Assembly: GCA_039026595.1 (NCBI GenBank)
Contig: JBCCMA010000003.1
Location: 1 to 62,716 of the forward strand
Source of the DNA: Pseudomonadota bacterium
GTDB lineage: Bacteria; Pseudomonadota; Gammaproteobacteria; Steroidobacterales; JBCCMA01
Direction of reading: 5' to 3'
Length of the DNA stretch: 62,716 nt
The notes below the pieces were generated by a model. That model searched no databases, was not told where the DNA came from, and worked only from the letters and a program-made list of their open reading frames with translations. A program made the position numbers and the translations under genes. How positions within the stretch are numbered: position 1 is the first letter of the stretch; every line of letters begins with the position of its first letter. Shown here piece after piece: positions 26,891 through 35,760 of the stretch.

Positions 26891-27901
26891 ATGACCGACA
26901 CGCGATTGAAGCAACCCATCGCGGTTCTTGGCGCCGGCTCGTGGGGCACGGCGCTCGCGGTGCAGCTGGCGCGCGTCGGTCGCCCTGTCATTCTGTGGGG
27001 GCGCGATACCGATGCGCTGGCTGCGATGGCCACCGATCGACAGAACGCCCGGTACCTGCCGGACGTGCCGTTTCCCGATGGCCTCAGTACCGAGACCAAC
27101 CTTGCCAACGCGGTGAGATCGGCCGCCGATATTCTCGTTGCCGTTCCAAGCCACGCGTTTCGCACCACACTGGAAGCCATCCGTCCGGACGTTCTTGCCG
27201 ACGCGAGAATCGCGTGGGCAACGAAAGGCTTCGAGGAAGGGTCCGGCCAGCTACCGCACCAGATTGCACTCGATGTGCTCGGACAGCAGCGGACCACGGC
27301 CGTACTGTCGGGGCCCACGTTTGCCGCCGAGGTCGGAGCGGGCCTGCCTACGCTGATGACCGTGGCGGCCAACGACGATGCGTTCGCCCGGGATATGGCC
27401 AGATGCCTGTCCAATGAGGCCTTCCGCGCGTATCTCAGCACCGACATGATCGGGGTGGAAGTGGGCGGCGCGGTGAAAAACGCGTTGGCGATCGGCGCGG
27501 GTGCGTCGGACGGTCTGGGCTTCGGCGCCAACTCCCGCGTGGGCTTGATCACCCGCGGACTGGCCGAGATGTCGCGTCTGGGTCAGGCGCTGGGCGCTGA
27601 TCCGGACACGTTCAAGGGTCTCGCGGGCATGGGCGACCTTGTGTTGACCTGCACGGACAACCTGTCACGAAATCGACGCATGGGTCTGATGCTGGCAGCT
27701 GGCAAGTCGATCGACGAGGCCGCGCGCGAGATCGGCCAGGTTGTGGAGGGCGTGCGCGCAGCACGTGCCGTTCTGGACGTGGCGAACCAGCACAACGTGG
27801 ATATGCCCATCGTGCAGCGCATCCACGACGTTCTATACGCCGGAAAAGATCCGCGCGACGCGGTCGTCGAACTCATGCGCCGCAGTCTGCGGCGCGAGTG
27901 A
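26891..27901 (+). CDS. gpsA: NAD(P)H-dependent glycerol-3-phosphate dehydrogenase
   Basis: GAGSWGTALA, SGPTFA, GGAVKN, GLAGMGDLVLTC..SRNRR. Confidence 0.97.
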   Translation: MTDTRLKQPIAVLGAGSWGTALAVQLARVGRPVILWGRDTDALAAMATDRQNARYLPDVPFPDGLSTETNLANAVRSAADILVAVPSHAFRTTLEAIRPDVLADARIAWATKGFEEGSGQLPHQIALDVLGQQRTTAVLSGPTFAAEVGAGLPTLMTVAANDDAFARDMARCLSNEAFRAYLSTDMIGVEVGGAVKNALAIGAGASDGLGFGANSRVGLITRGLAEMSRLGQALGADPDTFKGLAGMGDLVLTCTDNLSRNRRMGLMLAAGKSIDEAAREIGQVVEGVRAARAVLDVANQHNVDMPIVQRIHDVLYAGKDPRDAVVELMRRSLRRE

Positions 27902-27907
27902 TGGCCG

Positions 27908-28582
27908 TCAGAAGTTGACGCTGATTCCCAGCGACACCACCGGGTACAGCTCAAAATCGTCGAGCTCCGCTTGTAGCTCAGCCTGTTCCACCGCCAGCTC
28001 ACTCTGGAACTGAGCAGAACCGGCGATCGGTCCGTCCGCCGTCAGACTCAACTCCGGCGCGCCCTGGAACAACACACCCGCGTCCAGATGCACGCCCACA
28101 CGATCAATGAAGCGGAAATCCAAACCGACGCCCGCGTACGGGGCGATGCTGTCAAAGCCCACATCACCTCGAAGGGTGCCCACATCGCTGGCGTTGTAGG
28201 TGGTGCCGCCGATGGTGTACGTGCTGCTGTCACGGCTGACCAGATTTACCTCGTTGCCGTTGCTGAACAGGCCCACTGTGGCCCGAAAGGGCGACAACGG
28301 GACGCGCAGATTGGCCGTGGCGTACAGCGTCTGAAGATCCAGCGAAGCGTCGTAATCGACTCCCGCTTCGGATCGTTCGTCGTCGTAGGAAAAGGCGTTT
28401 ATCCCGGCGCGGAAATCCAGATACGGCACCGGGCGCCACGTGCCTTCAAGACCAACGCCAAGCGTGCCGGCTTTGGCACCGACCCAGACATTGTCATCGG
28501 CCATGGCCGCACCGGATAACGCAGTCGCCAAAAGACCGGCGCCGCACGCGGCGGCAAATCGAATCGAAGAAGCTCGGAGCAT
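27908..28582 (-). CDS. Outer-membrane beta-barrel protein
   Basis: Signal peptide, KAGTLGVGLE, APYAGVG, YPVVSLGISVNF with C-terminal Phe. Confidence 0.8.
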   Translation of the reverse strand: MLRASSIRFAAACGAGLLATALSGAAMADDNVWVGAKAGTLGVGLEGTWRPVPYLDFRAGINAFSYDDERSEAGVDYDASLDLQTLYATANLRVPLSPFRATVGLFSNGNEVNLVSRDSSTYTIGGTTYNASDVGTLRGDVGFDSIAPYAGVGLDFRFIDRVGVHLDAGVLFQGAPELSLTADGPIAGSAQFQSELAVEQAELQAELDDFELYPVVSLGISVNF

Positions 28583-28650
28583 AACGCTGTCCCTGCAATA
28601 GCTGAATTCGCAAGGCTATCGGCCGAAGCCAGGGACCGCAGTGATCACTT

Positions 28651-29139
28651 TCACGAAATGTCGAGCGCCCCGGTAAACGCGTACTGTCGCCACGCCTCGT
28701 AGACCACAACGGCGACCGCGTTGGACAGATTAAGGCTGCGGCTTTGCGGTCGCATCGGCAAACGCAGACACTGGTCGTCGGGCAGCGCGTCGAGCACCGA
28801 CGTGGGCAGACCGCGCGTCTCGGGTCCGAACACAACGCAGTCACCATGTTCAAACCGGACGTCGTATGGTGACCGACGGCCGCGCGTGGAGAGCGCATAC
28901 ATCCGCCCGCCGGCAGCCTCGGTCGCCTCACCAAGCGAGGCATGCTGCTTCACATCAACAAACTCGCGGTAATCCATGCCTGCGCGCCGCAGGCGTCGGT
29001 CGTCGAGTTCGAAGCCCAGTGGGTGAACCAAATGCAACGCCGCACCGGTATTGGCGCACAAGCGCATAACATTGCCGGTGTTGGGCGGAATCTCCGGCTG
29101 ATACAGAACAACGTTCAACCAGGGCGTGTCATGCGTCAT
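28651..29139 (-). CDS. trmL: tRNA (cytidine/uridine-34 2'-O)-methyltransferase
   Basis: LYQPEIPPNTGN, LRRAGMDY, FGPETRGLP, RSLNLSN. Confidence 0.95.
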   Translation of the reverse strand: MTHDTPWLNVVLYQPEIPPNTGNVMRLCANTGAALHLVHPLGFELDDRRLRRAGMDYREFVDVKQHASLGEATEAAGGRMYALSTRGRRSPYDVRFEHGDCVVFGPETRGLPTSVLDALPDDQCLRLPMRPQSRSLNLSNAVAVVVYEAWRQYAFTGALDIS

Positions 29140-29141
29140 GG

Positions 29142-29519
29142 TCAGGCGCGCCAGAGCGCCACGGCATAGCCCACCCACGCGAGGATAAACGCGACACCGC
29201 CCACTGGCGTGACCGCGCCGAGAATGGTGATACCCGACAGCGCGAGCACGTAAAGGCTGCCACAGAACACGACGACGCCCACTAACATGCACCACGCGAC
29301 GCGCGTCAGTCCGAAGCAGTCCGGATACTGTCTGAACGTCAGCCCGACAAGAATCAGGGCGAGTGCATGGTAGAAATGATATTGCGCGCCCGTCTCAAAC
29401 GCATTCAGAAAATTGGGCGGCAACGTATCTTCAAGTCCGTGCGCACCAAACGCACCCGCGACCACGGCGAGTGCTGCGTTCATCGCACCCAGCGCGATAA
29501 TCCGTTGCGCGGTCAGCAC
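29142..29519 (-). CDS. DUF423 (YgdD-like) membrane protein
   Basis: GAFGAHGL, FETGAQYHFYHAL, GSLYVLAL, GAVTPVGG; GTG start assumed. Confidence 0.9.
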   Translation of the reverse strand: MLTAQRIIALGAMNAALAVVAGAFGAHGLEDTLPPNFLNAFETGAQYHFYHALALILVGLTFRQYPDCFGLTRVAWCMLVGVVVFCGSLYVLALSGITILGAVTPVGGVAFILAWVGYAVALWRA

Positions 29520-31342
29520 ACCACGTCGTGCTGCTGACACCATTCCTCAAACATGGCGAGTACCCATACGAAATTGCCGTAGAACGCAGCATGGTCTGAC
29601 GCGTGCTGCGCTAACAGAGTATCCACCCAGCGCTCCGAAAATACACCCCGCGCCTTCACCTGATCGACGCGCTCGCCAATCAACGCGCGCAGGTCATCGT
29701 CGGTGCGCAGCCATTCCCCGAACGGCAAACCGAAGCCGTGTTTGGACTTGTTGATGATCTCAGCGGGCAGGAAGCCAGCTGTCTCCTGCTTGTAAAAGCT
29801 GCGCAGTTCGAAGCGTTTGAGCTTGAGCGAACTGGGCACCGATATGGCGTAGTCCACCAGCGCGTCATCGAGCAACGGATAGTGCACGTTGACGCCGGCG
29901 AGGTCGCACATTCGGCTCACCTTGCGCAGGTCGTTATCCGCGAGCGTGAACTTCCAGTCCATTTGCAGCAGCCGGTCCAGCGGGTCCGCCGTGTCGCCGT
30001 CGTCGTACGCCGCGGCCAGCGCGGCGAGCGGCGCCTCGGTATCGACATCAGCCAGAAACGCCTCGTCGAAGACCTCCGCCGCCGGCGTGGTGTGCAACAG
30101 GTTGTAGGTCTGCGTACGACCCGGCATCGACATGTTGGCCTGCTCAATGTAGCGACGCACCTTGTGCTGGAAACCGCGCCCTTTACGCACGACAGAGGCT
30201 CGACCGAAGAACGGCTCAAGCAGCGAGCGTCGCAGCGTCGATGGCACATGCTGATAGAGGCCGAACAGTTTCTGCGTCGCGTAGCGCTCATTACCGGCGA
30301 ACAACTCATCGCCACCGTCACCTGCGAGAAGATCTGTGACACCGTTACGTGCAGCCAGCCGGGCACAAATAAGTGTGGGCACCGCCGAGCTGTTGCCGAA
30401 CGGTTCATCATAGGCGCGTGCCACCTCACCGAATGCGGCGGCGACCTCGGGCCCGGTGATGTAATGATCATAGTGGTCGAGATTGAAGTGGCGAACGGCC
30501 GTGCGCGCAAACTCGATCTCGTCGTACCCTTCCTGAGCAAATCCGATCGTGAACGCCTTGGCGGCCTCGTCCGTCTGTTCGTTCAGAACGCCGGCAACCG
30601 TGGAACTGTCGAGGCCCCCCGACAAAAACGCTCCGCTGGTCTCCGACACGCCGGTTCTGGCCACCGCGTCGCGCACCACAGGCAGAAGAGGCGAGGACGG
30701 CCGCCGCGCGCGCTGGCTGAAGTCCGGTCGCCAGAAACGGCGTCGATGCGCCCGACCGTTGCTGACCTGCACAATCTCGCCCGGCGCCACTTTTTCGATG
30801 CCACGAAAGATGGTCCCGGGCGACGGCACAACGTGAAAATAAACATAATGATAGGCGCTCTGCGGATTCAGGCGCCCATCCACACCGTCCACGCTGCGAA
30901 GCGCGGTGGCTTGACTCGCGAACGCCACGCCGTCGGGAAGCGGCGCATAGGCAAGCGGCCGACGGCCCATGCGATCCACTGCGAACAACGCTTCGTATTC
31001 GAGCAGATTGATCGCCGCGACGCTGAACGGACCCCGCAGCGCGGAAAAGGCGCGGTCGGGATTGCGGGCGATTTCCTCCAGCAAGACACGCGCGACACCG
31101 TTTTCGGCTGCTCTGGCCATCATGGCGCTGTCGGTAAACGTTGGCGCGCCCTCCAGCGCGATCACCCAGTTGTCGATCGTCGCGACACCATCGGACGGAT
31201 AGACACTCCGCACGAACGCGCCGTGCCGCGCACCGGTCGTGCGTCCACGCTCATCCCCGTGTGAGGGCAGCGCCGACGCCATGGTATCGAGGTCAGGCTG
31301 GGCGTCTTCCCGGGTTCGAATCCAGCCGCACAGTCCGGCCAT
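29513..31342 (-). CDS. Asparagine synthetase-like amide ligase lacking the N-terminal catalytic Cys
   Basis: MAGLCGW instead of MCG; VDRMGRRPL, FLSGGLDSS, DEPFGNSS, GDGGDELFAG, KHGFGLP. Confidence 0.85.
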   Translation of the reverse strand: MAGLCGWIRTREDAQPDLDTMASALPSHGDERGRTTGARHGAFVRSVYPSDGVATIDNWVIALEGAPTFTDSAMMARAAENGVARVLLEEIARNPDRAFSALRGPFSVAAINLLEYEALFAVDRMGRRPLAYAPLPDGVAFASQATALRSVDGVDGRLNPQSAYHYVYFHVVPSPGTIFRGIEKVAPGEIVQVSNGRAHRRRFWRPDFSQRARRPSSPLLPVVRDAVARTGVSETSGAFLSGGLDSSTVAGVLNEQTDEAAKAFTIGFAQEGYDEIEFARTAVRHFNLDHYDHYITGPEVAAAFGEVARAYDEPFGNSSAVPTLICARLAARNGVTDLLAGDGGDELFAGNERYATQKLFGLYQHVPSTLRRSLLEPFFGRASVVRKGRGFQHKVRRYIEQANMSMPGRTQTYNLLHTTPAAEVFDEAFLADVDTEAPLAALAAAYDDGDTADPLDRLLQMDWKFTLADNDLRKVSRMCDLAGVNVHYPLLDDALVDYAISVPSSLKLKRFELRSFYKQETAGFLPAEIINKSKHGFGLPFGEWLRTDDDLRALIGERVDQVKARGVFSERWVDTLLAQHASDHAAFYGNFVWVLAMFEEWCQQHDVVC

Positions 31343-31583
31343 GGTGGTGTCCTTGAGTTAAATGGAGGTGTGAAACGCACGCGAGTATACGCAGTGCGGC
31401 AGGGCCTTCGCAGTGACGCATGTTGCGCTCAGCGACAAATGTTTACGGACGGATTTGCCCGAGAAACGGCACTGCCGAGGGGTTTTGTGGTCGGATTATG
31501 GACACGTTTCACCCATCGTCCGTCTGCGGTGCGCTACCATGACGGGCCAAACGAGAAATACAGACTCACGGAGGCGCTGAGTT

Positions 31584-32216
31584 TTGAACATAAAAACCGT
31601 TGTCATCCTGACCTTTGCCGTGCTGGCGCTGCCGGGCCATGCCCAGGTCGTCGGGCCGGACTGCGGCTCGCTGGCCAACGCCTATGGCCCGTTCGACTAC
31701 ACCAACCCGGATCATTTCCGAAACAAATTGCCGATCGTGGAGTACGAGCATTTTGACGCTGGGGTCGAATCGCTGCAGGGCCACGCTCGCCACCGGGACT
31801 GGTTGGCGCTCGACATTGACTACACGCTGCGGGCGTTTCCGAACCACCATCGCGCGCTGTACGCCATGTCGCGCTACTACCTGACCCGACAGTCGCACGG
31901 CCGCGCGCCGATGCGCTACACCGCGCAGTGCTATTTCGAGCGCGCCATGGCCATGAACCCGGCCGACGGCATCGTGCGCATGATTTACGGGCTCTATCTG
32001 TTCAAGGCCGGCGATCTTGAGGGCGCCGAGGCCCGGTTCTCCGAAGCCGTCAAACGCTCGCCCGAAGATCCGGAAGTGCATTACAACCTGGGGCTTGTTC
32101 TGGCGAAGAACAAGCGCTGGGACGAAGCCCGCGAACACGCCAAGCGCGCCTATGAGCTTGGCCATCCCATGCGCGGCCTGCGCAACATGCTCAAGCGCGC
32201 CGGGGAGTGGGAGTAA
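31584..32216 (+). CDS. Secreted TPR-repeat protein
   Basis: TTG start after GGAGG; signal peptide; CGSLANAYGPFDY, DYTLRAFPNHHRAL; TPRs (PEDPEVHYNLG, AKRAYELG). Confidence 0.8.
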   Translation: MNIKTVVILTFAVLALPGHAQVVGPDCGSLANAYGPFDYTNPDHFRNKLPIVEYEHFDAGVESLQGHARHRDWLALDIDYTLRAFPNHHRALYAMSRYYLTRQSHGRAPMRYTAQCYFERAMAMNPADGIVRMIYGLYLFKAGDLEGAEARFSEAVKRSPEDPEVHYNLGLVLAKNKRWDEAREHAKRAYELGHPMRGLRNMLKRAGEWE

Positions 32217-32234
32217 AAAGCCACTGAAACAGGG

Positions 32235-32441
32235 TTAGCCGCGGCGTGGCACCCGCTCGTGTCCACGTCGCGTCTTGGCCATCAGGCGCATTGCTTGATC
32301 GAAGTCCGCCGGCTCCGGCGGTAGCAACTGCTCCGCGAGCCATCGCCTCGCCAGTTCATCGGCCGCAAGCCCACGGTCTGCACGCGCGGTGATGTAGCCG
32401 CGCAACGCCTCAACGATTGACAGCACGGTGGCGTCCGTCAC
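32235..32441 (-). CDS. Small hypothetical protein (68 aa, MTDATVLSIVEALRGYI...)
   Basis: GTG start overlaps the upstream stop (GTGA); amphipathic helices. Confidence 0.45.
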   Translation of the reverse strand: MTDATVLSIVEALRGYITARADRGLAADELARRWLAEQLLPPEPADFDQAMRLMAKTRRGHERVPRRG

Positions 32442-33043
32442 GGCAGATCGGTCTGAAGCCAAAGCGGCGCTCGCATGACGCCGTCGAGCAGCACCATCAT
32501 CGCGAGGAACGCGGTAATGATCAGCGCATGGCGCCACGCCGCCGGACGCTGCCCCGGCGTCAGCGCGATCACATCGGCGTAGCGACGCGACAACACAAAC
32601 ACCGCGCGCGAAGAGAACAGGACATAAAACGGCAGCGCGTGCAGCACGGCAAAAACAAACGCCGCGCGGCCGTTGATGGTGTAAGCCAGAAGACCGAAGG
32701 CGAAACCACCGAACAGATAAAGCGTCTGCACCAAAGCCGCCAGGCGCGACCAGAGCGCAAGTGTCCGCAGTCCATATCCCGCGATCATCAGTACCACGGC
32801 CAGCATCAGGCAGTAGACCGCCCCGGAAATGGTCCGCACGGCGTCAGCATTGGGCAGCGTGAGCAGCCAGAATGACACGAGCGTAACGAACAGCGCCTGC
32901 ACGAAGTACACCAGACCAATACTGCGCAGCAGCCGCTCCACCCCGCGGAACTGACGTCGGATTAACGACGCGTCCTCCGGGGTCATATCCGAACGAAGCA
33001 GGAGCTCGTCCGCCTGCGGCGTGGCGTAAGGATTCTGGGTCAA
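32438..33043 (-). CDS. Hypothetical membrane protein
   Basis: GGGAGG RBS and TTG start; N-terminal NPYATP motif; about five TM segments. Confidence 0.65.
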   Translation of the reverse strand: MTQNPYATPQADELLLRSDMTPEDASLIRRQFRGVERLLRSIGLVYFVQALFVTLVSFWLLTLPNADAVRTISGAVYCLMLAVVLMIAGYGLRTLALWSRLAALVQTLYLFGGFAFGLLAYTINGRAAFVFAVLHALPFYVLFSSRAVFVLSRRYADVIALTPGQRPAAWRHALIITAFLAMMVLLDGVMRAPLWLQTDLP

Positions 33044-33190
33044 GGCAGCGCCTCCCGTGGAGCCAACCGATGATTGAAATGTTACCCCGAGCACGCCGGT
33101 CATATGGATGACGGACAACACACTGCTGCCCGTTACGACTACGTGAAATATGCCATTTAAGCTGGCACAACTTGAGGTGATTTGGAAATC

Positions 33191-33892
33191 ATGAAACGCC
33201 GGATTCTGATCATTGAGGACGAGAGGGACATCGCCGATCTCGTGCAGCTGCATCTGAGTGAAGTCTGCGACGAGGCGGTCATTGCGTCGGACGGACGAGA
33301 GGGTCTTGAGCGCGCGGTTGCCGAGCGCTGGGATCTTGTGGTGCTCGACCTGCGGCTGCCCGGTATCGACGGACTCGATATCTGCCGTCAGCTGCGCGAC
33401 CAGCCCGCCTATACGCCGGTTTTAATGCTGACCGCACGCTCGACCGAACCGGACCGCATCGTGGGCCTTGAAATAGGCGCCGACGATTATCTGACCAAAC
33501 CGTTCAGTGTGCGCGAGCTGGTGGCCCGCGTCCGGGCCATTTTCCGGCGCACCGACTCACTCAACCAGCCCGCCGCCGAGGCAAAACACGAGTACATCAT
33601 GACCGATCAACTGTCGATCGACCCCGCCTCCCGCGAAGTTCAGGTGGAAGGACAAAGCGTGACCCTCACCGCCAAGGAGTTCGATCTTCTGCTGCATTTT
33701 GCGCGACACCCGGGCGTCGTATTTACCCGCTCACAGCTGCTGGATCAGGTCTGGGGCTACGGCCATGATGGCTATGAGCACACCGTCAATTCCCATATCA
33801 ACCGGCTGCGCGCCAAAATCGAACCCAACCCCGCCACACCGCACTACGTCAATACGGTGTGGGGCGTCGGCTACCGGTTTATCTCCGCCTGA
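33191..33892 (+). CDS. OmpR-family response regulator
   Basis: ILIIEDE, LVVLDLRLPGIDG, GADDYLTKPF, wHTH (LTAKEFDLL, TVWGVGY). Confidence 0.95.
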   Translation: MKRRILIIEDERDIADLVQLHLSEVCDEAVIASDGREGLERAVAERWDLVVLDLRLPGIDGLDICRQLRDQPAYTPVLMLTARSTEPDRIVGLEIGADDYLTKPFSVRELVARVRAIFRRTDSLNQPAAEAKHEYIMTDQLSIDPASREVQVEGQSVTLTAKEFDLLLHFARHPGVVFTRSQLLDQVWGYGHDGYEHTVNSHINRLRAKIEPNPATPHYVNTVWGVGYRFISA

Positions 33893-35370
33893 TGGCCCGC
33901 TCGCTGACAACGCGTCTGGTCCTGACCCTGGTCACCCTGCTGATCACGGTGGGGGTCGCGTTTGTCTATCTCGCCAAGTGGAGCTCGGACCGTTACCACC
34001 AGGAAATCACCCAACGACTCAACGCCACCATCGCCGGCTACATTGTCGAGGAGGAACCGCTGTTGGGCGATTCGAACGTGAACTCCAGCGCGCTGGAGCA
34101 CGTCGCCCACATGGCGATGATTATCAATCCCGTGGCCGAGGTGTATCTGCTGGATGATCAGGGCCGCATTCTCGGCCACGCGCTCCCTCAGTCCGCCGTT
34201 ACCACCACGCACGTCGATCTGGCTCCGATCGAGGCGTACCTCGAGGGGGACTCGAACATGCCCGTGCGGGGCGCCGATCCTCTCAATCCGGGCGAGAAAA
34301 AAGTGTTCTCCGCCGCGCCCATCGAGACGGCCGGCAAACTGGTCGGCTACGTCTATGTGGTTCTGGGCGGGCAGAAATACGAAAGCGAAGCCGAGCAGGT
34401 GCTCGACAGCCATATTCTCAGAATCAGTGTTGGGTCGGTGGTCGCACTGGTTTTGATCTCTGCGCTGGTCGGCTTGCTCGCGGTGCGTTTTCTGACGCGC
34501 CGGCTACGTCGCCTCGTGGTTGATTTGCGTCGCTTTCAAGCCGGCGGATTCCGCGAACCGGTCAAGGCCAGCGATGTCGCGCGCAACGACGGCGATGAGA
34601 TCAACACGCTGCGTACGGCGTTTCACGATCTGTCCGCCACGGTCGCCGACCAGATCCGACAGCTTGAGACCACGGACAGCACACGGCGGGAACTGATCGC
34701 CAATGTGTCGCACGATCTGCGTACACCCATCGCGTCAATGAAGGGCTATCTCGACACGCTTCTGATGAAGCACGAGTCGCTCGCGGTGGACGAACGCCAG
34801 CGCTACCTCGAGGTCGCCACGCGACACAGCGCGTACCTTGGCAAGCTGGTCGAAGATCTTTTTGAATTATCGTGTCTGGACAGTGGCCTGGTGCAACCCG
34901 CGCCCGAAGCGTTCTCGCTGAGTGAGCTGGTGCAGGACGTGGCGCAGAAATACCAGCTGCAGGCCGCGCAGGCGCGCATCACGTTGGCACCCCACGTTGA
35001 TCGCGAAGCGCCATTGGTGAAGGCGGATATCGGTATGATCCAGCAGGTGCTCGAAAACCTGATCGGCAATGCGCTGCGCCATACTCCGGCTCGCGGCGAG
35101 ATATCGGTGACCGTGACGCCCGGCGCGGACACCGTCACCACAGTGGTCGCGGATACGGGGCAGGGCATCGCGAACGAAGACCTGCCCCATATTTTCAACC
35201 GCGCCTACAGCGGTGGAGAGAGTCGTCAGAAACCGAGGGCGAACGCCGGGCTCGGTCTTGCCATCGTCAAACGCATTCTTGATTTGCACAATGCGGACAT
35301 TACTGTCACCAGTCGGATCGGAGAGGGCTCAGCCTTCCGGTTCGAATTGCCGCTGGTCGCCGCTGGCTGA
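33892..35370 (+). CDS. Sensor histidine kinase (two TM, HAMP)
   Basis: H-box NVSHDLRTP, N-box NLIGNAL, DTGQGI, GLGLAI; TGATG coupling. Confidence 0.95.
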   Translation: MARSLTTRLVLTLVTLLITVGVAFVYLAKWSSDRYHQEITQRLNATIAGYIVEEEPLLGDSNVNSSALEHVAHMAMIINPVAEVYLLDDQGRILGHALPQSAVTTTHVDLAPIEAYLEGDSNMPVRGADPLNPGEKKVFSAAPIETAGKLVGYVYVVLGGQKYESEAEQVLDSHILRISVGSVVALVLISALVGLLAVRFLTRRLRRLVVDLRRFQAGGFREPVKASDVARNDGDEINTLRTAFHDLSATVADQIRQLETTDSTRRELIANVSHDLRTPIASMKGYLDTLLMKHESLAVDERQRYLEVATRHSAYLGKLVEDLFELSCLDSGLVQPAPEAFSLSELVQDVAQKYQLQAAQARITLAPHVDREAPLVKADIGMIQQVLENLIGNALRHTPARGEISVTVTPGADTVTTVVADTGQGIANEDLPHIFNRAYSGGESRQKPRANAGLGLAIVKRILDLHNADITVTSRIGEGSAFRFELPLVAAG

Positions 35371-35382
35371 GGAACCCGCCCG

Positions 35383-35628
35383 TTACTGACGCGGGCGCGC
35401 TTCGTTTACGCGGACCGGACGTCCGTTCAAGGGCTCGCCGTTCAGGCTTTCGATCGCCGCATTCGCCTCGCCGTCGTTCGGCATTTCGACAAAACCGAAC
35501 CCCTTCGATCTTCCGGTGTCTCGATCACTGATAATCTTCGCCGACGAGACTTCGCCGTGCGCTGCGAACGCCGCCCGCAACTCATCTTCGGTCAGGGTGA
35601 AGGCGAGGTTTCCAACGTAAATGTTCAT
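35383..35628 (-). CDS. RRM-type RNA-binding protein
   Basis: RNP2 IYVGNL, RNP1 KGFGFVEM, VNEARPR. Confidence 0.95.
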   Translation of the reverse strand: MNIYVGNLAFTLTEDELRAAFAAHGEVSSAKIISDRDTGRSKGFGFVEMPNDGEANAAIESLNGEPLNGRPVRVNEARPRQ

Positions 35629-35760
35629 TCAGAGAATCCTGTTTTGTTTGATGTGCCGACGCACGATGAAAGCGCGAAGCTACACGGGCGAAACTCGCAA
35701 ATCAAATCAAAAAACTCATTTATAACAATGCTTTATGAAAGGAATCCGCGCACACGGAAT

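Noticed and set aside
29513..32441. Lasso peptide cluster built on the Cys-less asparagine synthetase
   Set aside because: No transglutaminase-like B2 protease, PqqD/RRE protein or precursor-like ORF nearby.
33162..33180. CTGGCACAACTTGAGG as a sigma54 promoter for the two-component system
   Set aside because: The -24 element is good but there is no GC at the -12 position.
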